Assembly: GCF_009914755.1 (NCBI RefSeq)
Contig: NC_060947.1
Length of the DNA stretch: 64,000 nt
Direction: 5' to 3' (one strand)
DNA from: the human T2T-CHM13v2.0 reference genome, Homo sapiens
The notes beneath the pieces were generated by a model. It was not told the origin of the DNA. It ran no database searches and saw only the letters and a list, made by a program, of their open reading frames with translations. The translations under genes and the position numbers were made by a program. Shown here in pieces: positions 40,838 through 64,000 of this stretch. Positions within the stretch are counted from its first letter, which is position 1; each line of letters begins with the position of its first letter.

Positions 40838-40990
40838 CAGTGATTTGCAACTCTTGCTGACGTTGCTGGGGAAGCTTTAAAAAAAAAAAAGATGCCCCAC
40901 AGAGATTCTGATTTTAATTGTTCTGATTTAATTGGCTTGGAGTAGAATTCAGGCATTGATATCTTTAAAAACTCCCCAGTGTTGAGAAAC
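40838..40990. mobile_element. MER5-like hAT MITE in 3' UTR
   Basis: CAGTG...GGGGAAGCTTTAAAA...CCCCACAGAGATTCTGATTT...AAAACTCCCCAG...GTTGAGAA. Confidence 0.6.
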
Positions 40991-41254
40991 AAATTTAGAG
41001 AGTTGAGAAGTAGGTATATTAAATTACAGAATCTTACTGAGTTTTGGTAGACTGATAATACAATTTGCTTTGCTTTTCTTAAATTTGCATTGAGATGGGA
41101 TTTGAAGCATATTGTGCTCTTGTGAATGTTGAAGTTGCATTGTAGAAGTTTAGAAGCTCTGGCTATGGGTTGCCTAAATTGATGTTTTGAGGAAGCATAT
41201 TAATGTTATAAACTTCGCTGACTTTGAAGGTTGTGTTGTAGCATGAGGAACACA

Positions 41255-41260
41255 AATAAA
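41255..41260 (+). terminator. Distal polyadenylation signal AATAAA
   Basis: AATAAA with upstream TGTA motifs and downstream TGTGTTTTGT; gives a ~2 kb 3' UTR. Confidence 0.8.
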
Positions 41261-41609
41261 ACAATTCTAAATCAAACTAATTTTATATCTAACATGTCCC
41301 CATGTGTTTTGTAGGTACCTTCTACCAGAAATTTTGGAATAAGACTTAAAATATAGACATTGTAATTAATCTCATGTAAGATTTGAAACCAGAATTCTAT
41401 TATAATTAATTTCAGACATCCACATGAATTAGCAAATTTGTAAAGCACTGTACTGAGTGTAATGGGCATATACAGATAGGAAGTAAATGGACCTTATTTT
41501 AATAGAACTTGAAGCCAGAGCAGTGATTCTTAGCAAGAGATGTACCTAGTTGAGAATGTGCCTGTAATGTTTCTCATGAAAGTACATTACAGCCAGGTGT
41601 GGTGGCTCA

Positions 41610-42085
<476 letters not shown>

Positions 42086-42547
42086 TGTTTTTTAGAGAAT
42101 ACTACATACAACTCTGTGATAGTAAGGTGTAAAAGTTAGCCTCACAGAAACGGGGGGCATGAAGACAGACTAGCTGTGACATCTTCCAGGTGGTTTTGAA
42201 GCCGACCTGGAAAGCTCTCGGTCTCATATCTGACTTCCAAAGAGGATGCCTGTGTGTGCTTGTTTTTGCAGAGGCAACGTGACTTTTATTCTAATAAGGA
42301 TATGCAAATAACTGCACTCATAAAACAAATCCCATTTCTAGAAAAACTTGATAGGGTGATGATTCCAGTGAAATGGGTACTTTTTGGAAATAGTATTTTA
42401 AAAATTTTAATTACCTAAAATGAAGCAGGTACCCTTAAAAGATTAATAACCATGAAACAGGTGATTCAGAAAGTACCTCTGCTGGGCCGGGCACGGTGGC
42501 TCACACGTGCAATCCCAGCACTTTGAGAGGCCGAGGCGGGTGGATTA

Positions 42548-42907
<360 letters not shown>

Positions 42908-42968
42908 CTACTAAAAATAGAAAACTCAGCCGGTTGTGGTGACACATGCCTGTAGTCTCAGCTATTTA

Positions 42969-43118
<150 letters not shown>

Positions 43119-44102
43119 CTACACAAAAACAACAACAAAACACCAGAAAAACCAGAGACCATTCTCACAAAAAGATACAAAGTCCATACTAAAATGTAAT
43201 AAATCCAGCAGTGTATTAAAAATAATGTGTATACAGGGATGTATTATAGGTTGAAAGAAAAAGTACCTTGGAGATGTGTTTGATACAGTTCAAAGTGATT
43301 TTTAAAAGCGAGATGGTGTAAAGGAAACAATGAGTACTAAGCAAAGAACTTTCAGAATCATTTTCAGTAATGAGACATTGGAGCACGGTAACATCTTGCC
43401 ATAATGTGATAGGTGAGGTAAATATTTCATTTGGGTAAAATGGGTTATTGTGAGGTTGATGAAATAACTAGGATGCAGTTCAGAGCGTGAGAAGCAATAA
43501 TTTGCATTATATCAGAATTCATCACCTCTGTTCTCATTAAGGCCTGAAGAATGTCAGCTACTACTACAATTCTACAACATTGTTCTCTGGGGCTTAGCAA
43601 ATGATACAAGTACTGGGAATGGAAGAGACTGAATGTAAGATAGTTTACCTCATGGAGAGATTGAATGTTATTCACAAAGTGTAAGATAGTCCACCTAGAA
43701 AATACATCCCAGAAACTGAAAAACTGCTAGGAGAGTTCAGTAAGGTGACAAAGTTCAAGATAAATATGCAAAATTATTTAATATTAGTTTCCTTATTCAC
43801 CACACACACACACAAATCAAAATGTGATAGATGTAAACTACCCAGGTATACATTTAACAGAAATACTCAAGATATGTATGAATAAAACACATTTTGCTAA
43901 AGAAGAGATGAATTATAAGGAAAATATAATTGGATGGGATCAATGTACAGATGACCGTGCCATTTTTTTCTACAAATTAAATCTAATCCAGAAAGGCTTA
44001 AAAAAATTTCTTTTTATTGAGACAGGGTCTCACTGTAGTACAAGACGAGGTAGAGCCCAGGAGTTTGAAACTAGCCTGGGCAACATAGGGAAACCCGGTC
44101 TC

Positions 44103-44133
<31 letters not shown>

Positions 44134-45286
44134 GCTGGGTGTTGTGGCGTGTGCCTGTAATCCCAGCAACTCAGAAGACTGAGGTGGGAGGATCGCTTGA
44201 ACCCAGGAGACAGAGGTTGCAGTGAGCCCAGGTGGCGCCACTGCACTTCAGCCTGGGTGACAGAGCAAGACTCCCGTGTCTCAAAAAAAAAAAAAAAAAA
44301 AGATGGGAGTGGTGCCTCGTGCCTGTAATCGCAGCACTTTGGGAGGCTGAGGAGGGTGGATGGCTTCAGGCCATGACTTCCAGACCAGCAGTGGCAACAT
44401 GGCAAAACCCCATTTCAAAAAAAAAAAAAAAAAAAAAAAAAAAAGCCAGGCATGGTGACCCTGCCTGTAGTCCCAGCTACTCGGGAGGCTGAGGTGGGAG
44501 GATGGCTTGAGCCCGGGAGTGGCGCTTGCAGCGAGCCTAGATGGCGCCATTGCACTCCAGCCCAGCCTGAGTGACAGCAAGAACCTATCTCGAAAAATAT
44601 AAAAAATATTTATAATCAATGTAGGCGAGGATATATTACCGTTATATCTATCAAGTTTTAAAATGTCTCACCTTTTGACCGAGAATTCATATCTGAGAAT
44701 TAATCATAAATATTTGCTCGTGTTAATAAAGATATATGTAGAAGGATGTTCATTCCAGCATTGTTTACTTATTTTATTTTATTCCTATGTTGCCCAGGCT
44801 GGTCTGGAACTCTTGGCTTCAAGTGATCGTCCCACCTCAGCCTCCCAAAGCATTGGGATTACAGGTGCGAGCCACCAGGGCTGGGCCCCAGCATTGTTTA
44901 TTATAGCAACTATTGCAAGGCACCTAAATGTTAGTCAAAGGGAATGATTTAAAATATTTTGTGGTGAATTCATTCTATTATGAAGTAAAGCTATGAGCTA
45001 CCTTTGATTCAGCCTGGTTAAAATTAAAAAGTGAAAATACTGGTCCCAAAAATATTTCATGGGAATCCCTGAGAGGAAATAATTTTTGACTTAAGGTGAT
45101 TTGAGAATTCAAAATGCAGTATTGATTATTGCTGACTCAACAAGAAGGAAGAGGAATGTAAAAGGAACATGCCCCACATCAGTATTAGCACTGAATCTGT
45201 TCGAATCACAACTTTATTTTCTCATACAGCCTCATAGGGAGAAATCTAACACTAACAAGTGATTTATGCCACTTCTATAGTAGTGA

Positions 45287-46124
<838 letters not shown>

Positions 46125-46325
46125 TTAAAAATAATACGTATACTGGGATAGGGCCGGGTGCGGTGGCTCACGCCTGTAATCCCAGCACTTTGGGAGGCCG
46201 AGGCGGGCAGATCATGAGGTCGGGAGTTCGAGACAAGCCTTACCAACATAGTGAAACCCCATCTCTACTAAAAATACAAAAATTAGCCGGGTGTGGTGGT
46301 GCGCACCTGTAATTCCAGCTACTCA

Positions 46326-46886
<561 letters not shown>

Positions 46887-47369
46887 CTAAGTCATGATTT
46901 GTAATCATCTTCAACTTTCTCCAAAGGGTTGCACAATTACAACAAAACCCATTAGTCCAGTGGTTTGCATTCTCAAAAGCATAACCCAACAGTCTTTTGC
47001 TTGTCTCAAAGTTTCTCATCAAATATGACTCATGGCCTATTTTTCTTTTTTTCTTTTGAGACGGTGTCTCGCTCTTTCGCCCAGGCTGGAGTGCAGTGGC
47101 GCGATCTGAGCTCACTGCAAGCTCCGCCTCCCGGGTTCATGCCATTCTCCTGCTTCAGCCTCCCAAGTAGCTGGGACTACAGGCGCCTACAACCACGCCC
47201 GGCTAATTTTTTGTATTTTTAGTAGAGACGGGGTTTCACTGTGTTAGCCAGGATGATCTCGATCTCCTGACCTCTCCTGATCTGCCTGCCTCAGCCTCCC
47301 AGAGTGCTGGGATTACAGGCGCTCATGGCTTATTTTTCAAAAATTTTATTAGTCTTTTCAAAAGATCAA

Positions 47370-47686
47370 TGCTGTGGCTTGAATGTTCCTTCCAAAACTC
47401 ATGTTGAAATTTCATCATTGTAACAGTGTTGAGAGGTGGGACCTTTAAGAGGTGATTAGGTCATGAGGGTTCTGCCCTCATAAATGGATTAATGCCTTCA
47501 TCTCGAGCGTGGGTTGGTTATCACGAGAGTGGGCTCCTGTTACCATGAGGCAAGAAGACCCTCACTAGATGTTGACACCATGCTTTTGGACTTTCTAGCC
47601 TCCAGAACCGTGAGCCAAATAAGTCTCTTTTCTTTATAAATTACCCAGACCGTGGTATTCTGTTGCAGCAACAGAAAGCAAAGACA
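47370..47686 (+). mobile_element. MaLR solo LTR (MST-like)
   Basis: TG...CA ends; CCAAAACTCATGTTGAAAT, GAGGTGGGACCTTTAAGAGGTGATTAGGTCATGAGGG, GCCTCCAGAACCGTGAGCCAAATAA. Confidence 0.85.
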
Positions 47687-48254
47687 ACCAGTTTTTGAAT
47701 TTGTTAAAGCCTCTCCATTGTACTTTTAACTTCACTGATTTCTTAACTTTCTCATTTCCTTTCTTCTACTTTACTTGGGTTTATCATGCTATTTTTTTTG
47801 TAAGTACTTAACTCACTAATTTTATTTTATTTCCACACCCCCCCCCCCACGACACAGGTCTCCCTCTTTTGCCCAGGCTGGAGTGCAGTGGCACAACCAA
47901 GGCTCACTGCAGCCTCAACCTTTCCAGACCCAGGTGATCCTCCCACCTCAGCCTCCCAAGTAGCTGGGACTACGGGTGCATGCCACCATGCCCGGCTAAG
48001 TTTTGTATTTCTTGTAGAGACGGGGTTTTGCCATGTTACCCAGGCTGGTTTCGAACTCTTGGGCTCAAGTGATCCACCCACCTTGGCTTCCCAAAGTGTT
48101 GGGATTACAGGCGGGAGCTGCTGCACCCAGCCCATTAATTTTCTTTTAGCCCTTTTTCTAGTATAAACATTTAAGGCTAAACATTTCCCACTCGGTACTT
48201 CCTTAGTTGAGCAAATAAGATGTTATTTATTTAGGTATAATTTATATTCAGTAA

Positions 48255-48533
<279 letters not shown>

Positions 48534-48751
48534 TGATCCACCCGCCTCGGCCTCCCAAAGTGCTGGGATTACAGGCGTGAGCCACTGTGCCCGGCCGATG
48601 AGTTTTGATAATTGTATACACCCTTGTATCCTGCAGCCTAAACAAGATACAGAACATTTCCATCACCCCAGAGAATTCCCTTATCCTTCTACAATATGTC
48701 ATCTTTTGGCATCTGGCTTCTTCCACTTAAAAAAAATTTTTTTTTTTTTGA

Positions 48752-49473
<722 letters not shown>

Positions 49474-49531
49474 TAGAGCAGGGTTCCAGTTTCTCAATAT
49501 CCTCTCTAATACTTGGTAATTTTTTTTATTA

Positions 49532-50182
<651 letters not shown>

Positions 50183-50185
50183 TAA

Positions 50186-50364
<179 letters not shown>

Positions 50365-51368
50365 TAGTAGAAACAGGGTTTCACCGTGTTAGCCAGGATG
50401 GTCTCGATCTCCTGACCTCGTGATCTGCCCACCTCGGCCTCCCAAAGTGCTGGGATTACAGGCGTAAGCCACCACGCCCAGCCCTGTATAACCATTTTAG
50501 TGGGTATATAGTGGTATCTTGTTGTGGTTTAAATTTGCATTTTCCTAATGACTAATGATGTTGAGCACTTTTCATGTGCTTCTTAGCATATAACTTCTGG
50601 AAGTTTTATAGTTTTGGTTCTATTGTAAGTTAATTTTTCAATGGTGTGGGGTAAAGGTCTACGTTCATTTTAAAATTTTTATTTATTTTGTTTTATTTTG
50701 TAGAGATGTGGTCTCACTATGTTGCTCAGGCTAATCTCAAACTCCTGGCCTCAAGTGATCCTCTCGTCTCAGCCTCTCAAACTGCTGGGATTACAGGTAT
50801 GAGCCATCACACCCAGCCTAATTTTATTTTTAAATGGATGTCTAATTCTCCCAAAGCATTTGTTGAAAAGATTATTCTTTCCCCACTGGATTATCTTGGC
50901 ATCTTTATTGAAAATCAGTTGACATAAGTATAAAAGTTAATTTCTTTAATTCTACTCTATTGATCTATATGCCACACTGTCTTGATTATTGTGACTTTAC
51001 AGGGAGTTTTGAAATTGGAATTGGGTAACGTAAATCCTTCAGCTTTGTCTTCTTTTTTTGTTCAGAACTGTTTTGGCTATTTGAAATCCTTTGAATTCCC
51101 ATATAACTTTTAGGATCTGCTTGTCAAATCCCCCCCCACCAACAAAAAAAACCCAAACCTTCTGGAATTTTGTTAGGGATCACACTAAATTTCTAGATCC
51201 AGTTTGGAGGGAAGTACCATCTTGACAATATTGATTCTTCTAATTCATAAACATGGGATGTCTTTTAGTAGAGACGGGTTTCACCAGGTTGGCCAGGCTG
51301 GTCTCAAACTCTTGACCTCAGGTGATCTGCCCACCTCAGCCTCCAAAGTGCTGGGATTACAGGCATGA

Positions 51369-51673
<305 letters not shown>

Positions 51674-51694
51674 TGAGCCACCACGCCTGGCCGA

Positions 51695-54041
<2,347 letters not shown>

Positions 54042-54265
54042 CATAATTTAGATTTTCTATTGCTTGTTGAGTTAATTTTGGTAATTTGTATATTTTCAGG
54101 AATTTATTCATGTCATCTGAGTTTTCTAATGTGTGGGCATAATATTATTCATAGAATGCCTTTTAATCCTTTTATGTGAAGTGTAGGTAGTGCTGTAAGA
54201 TTTTGTTCCTGATTTTGGTAATTTATGTCTTCTCTCTTTTTTGGTTGATTTGTTTGTTTTTCTGA

Positions 54266-54625
<360 letters not shown>

Positions 54626-54961
54626 TAGCCAGGATGGTCTCCATCTCCTGACCTCGTGATCTGCCCGCCTCAGCCTCCCAACGTGCTGGGATTACAGGCG
54701 TGAGTCACCGTGCCCGGCCTTCTCGCTTTTTTATGTGGCAATCTAGCAAAGGTTTGTCAATTTTCTGGATCTTTTCAAATAACCAACGTTTCATTTATTT
54801 GATTTTCTCTATTTTTTTTTTCTGTTTTCTGTGTTTCAGTTCTCACCTTTATTACTTTATTACTTAACATTTTATTTATTATTCTTTATTACTTCTTTCT
54901 TATATTCACTTCTGGTGTAGTTTGCTCTTCTGTTTTCTAGTTTGTTAAGGTAGAAGTATAG

Positions 54962-55265
<304 letters not shown>

Positions 55266-55552
55266 TAGCCAGGATGGTCTCGATCTCCTGACCTCGTGAT
55301 CCGCCTGCCTTGGCCTCCCAAAGTGCTGGGATTACAGGCTTGAGCCACTGCTCCCGGCCCAGCAGAGATAATTTCTGAATCACCCCACCAGGCGCGGTGG
55401 CTCATGCCTGTAATCCCAGCACTTTGGAACGCCGAGGCAGGCGAATCACGAGGTCAAGAGATCGAGACTATCCTGGCTAACACGGTGAAACCCCGTCTCT
55501 ACCAAAAATACAAAAAATTAGCCGGGCGTGGGGGCGGGCGCCTGTAGTCCTA

Positions 55553-55744
<192 letters not shown>

Positions 55745-55778
55745 TCACGAGGTCAGGAGATCGAGACCATCCTGGCTA

Positions 55779-56039
<261 letters not shown>

Positions 56040-56049
56040 TCATATACAG

Positions 56050-56325
56050 CAGGCATCCCCAGCCCCGGAGTGGCGGACCTTTACCGGTCCTTGGCCTGTT
56101 AGGAACCCAGCCGCACAGCAGGAGGCGAGCGAGCATTAGATTCTCATAGAAGGGAGAACTCTCCGCATGCGAGGAATCGAGGTTGCACACTCCTTATGAG
56201 AATCTAACTAATGCCTGATGATCTGAGGTGGAATAGTTTCATCCTGAAACCACCCACCCCCTATCTGTGAAAAAATTTGCTTCCACAAGACAGGTCCCTG
56301 GGGCCAAAAAGGTTGGGTATCGCTC
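56050..56325 (+). mobile_element. MER1B-like hAT MITE
   Basis: GGCCTGTTAGGAACC, GCATTAGATTCTCATAG, CTCCTTATGAGAATCTAA, GATGATCTGAGGTGGAA, GCCAAAAAGGTTGGG. Confidence 0.85.
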
Positions 56326-56329
56326 ATAA

Positions 56330-62060
<5,731 letters not shown>

Positions 62061-62061
62061 G

Positions 62062-62549
62062 TAGTATTCATTTTTTATTCCTGTTGTAACAAGTTGCCAC
62101 AAACTTAGTGGCTTAAAACGACACATATTTGTTATCATATAGTTCTGGAGGTCAGAAGTTTGCAATAGGTCTCACTGGGTGAGGGGAAGATGTTGACAAG
62201 GCTGCATTCTTTTCTGGGTGCTCTAGGGGATTTTCTTGCAATTTCAGCTTCTACAAGCTGCCCCGAATTCCTTGGCTTATGGTCTCCTTCCATCTTCAAA
62301 GTCAGCAATAGGTTGCTTATGTCGTTCTCACATTACATCACTCCGACATTCACTCTTCTGCCTCCCTCTTTCACTTCTAAGGACCCTTGTGATGACATTG
62401 GGCCCACCCAGATAATCCAGGACAATCCTTCCGCCTTGAGATCTTTAACTTAATCACATCTGCAAAGTCTCTTTTATCATGTAAGATAACGTACTCACAA
62501 GTTGTGGAGATTAGGATGTGGATATTTTGGAGGGACTATGTCTACTACA
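62062..62549 (-). mobile_element. MaLR solo LTR (MLT1C/D-like)
   Basis: CCACAAACTTAGTGGCTTAAAAC, AGTTCTGGAGGTCAGAAG, GGGCCCACCCAGATAATCCAGGA, TTAATCACATCTGCAAAG. Confidence 0.85.
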
Positions 62550-63522
62550 ATAGTGTTGTTCAAATTTTCTCTCTATGCCAGGCACAGTGTTACATGCCTG
62601 TAGTCCCAGCTACTCCGGACGCTGAAGCGGGAGGATCACTTGAGTCCAGGAGCTTCAGACCAGCCTGGGCAACATATTGAAACTCTGTCTTTTTAAAAAA
62701 AACTTTTAAAAAAGTTTTCTTCTTAAACAAAAAGTTTTCTTTTCACTCTGTTATCAAGAATGAGGTATTGTAATCTTTGCCTATTATTGCTGATTGTCTC
62801 TTTCCCCTTTGAATTCTTTCACTTTTTGCTTCATGTATTCTGAGGCTCTCATTAGGTATATATCAGTGTATAATTGTTATATCTTCCTGATGTATTGAAC
62901 CTTTTATCAACATGAAATGTACCTCTTTGTCTTTAGTAATATTTCTTATCTTAAAGACCATTTTGTCTGATTTTGCTGTATACACAGTCTCAGCCAGGAA
63001 TGTGCTTGCTGCAACCACAATGGCAACCCCAGACTAAGAGAGATGTATATCATCCCCTCCCACCCTTTGCTGAGATCGTCACTTCCTCTGACTGTGCTAC
63101 TGTGCATGGACATTACCCACTGTTCCCAAGTGAGTGAGACCACTTTGACTATGGCAGCAAAGCTGCCAACCTCACAGCCAACCCAGCCTTAGCAGAACTT
63201 TCACGCTAAGGGAGCTGGAATCTGGGAGAGGCCCCAGGGAAGAACACTGCAGACTCCCACTCTTCTTGCACAAAGTTCAGCAATTTTTCAGGCATGACCA
63301 CTTCTCAGATCATTGTACAATTGTTTTTGTCAATTTTGTCCATCTTTATAGTTACTTTTCTGGAAGAGGATTTGTCTTCCATCTTCACTGGAAGTCCTGC
63401 CTCTACTACAGTGTTGTTTTTAAAATAGATTTCTTTTTCCAGATTAAGGACATTTCCTTTTAATTCTAATTCTCTTAGAAGTTTTTCATTTAAATAATAA
63501 TAATTATTATTATTGAGACTAA

Positions 63523-63621
<99 letters not shown>

Positions 63622-63664
63622 TGAGTAGCTGGTATTACAGGCACCCATCACCATGCCTGGCTAA

Positions 63665-63998
<334 letters not shown>

Positions 63999-64000
63999 CA

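Noticed and set aside
62985-63400. GC-richer unique-looking stretch as a possible exon of a neighbouring gene
   Set aside because: No credible ORF or splice pair; embedded in antisense L1 and ends in CCATCTTCACTGGAAGTC, resembling an old L1 5' end (tentative)

Overview
Primate (almost certainly human) Xp22 genomic DNA containing the complete intron-bearing EIF2S3 gene (eIF2 gamma subunit) on the + strand. I assembled 12 GT-AG exons from ATG 17413 to TGA 39255; they give 1419 nt, or 472 aa, with intact GTPase motifs. The gene has a CpG-island promoter with TCT/TOP-like and TISU/YY1-like elements and a ~2 kb Alu-containing 3' UTR with two AATAAA sites. The rest is extremely Alu-dense, with L1, L2, MIR, MaLR, hAT and Tigger relics; nearly all other ORFs in the track are repeat or microsatellite artefacts. 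I see no new protein-coding system. The unusual structure is non-coding: (1) a hidden four-unit tandem duplication fills ~2.4-16.7 kb and runs into the promoter flank, with apparent gene-conversion tracts, an exact 338-bp copy, a ~700-bp TA/CA expansion and a repeated CpG dyad; (2) a sense-oriented solo LTR12C lies ~3.8 kb upstream of the ATG; (3) a 16S-rRNA NUMT covering the SHLP5 frame sits in intron 2 beside a templated-repeat scar; (4) intron 7 holds a candidate poison exon; (5) intronic Alus are segregated by strand and some inverted Alus are closely spaced. Repeat family names and boundaries are by eye from recalled consensus sequences and are approximate.
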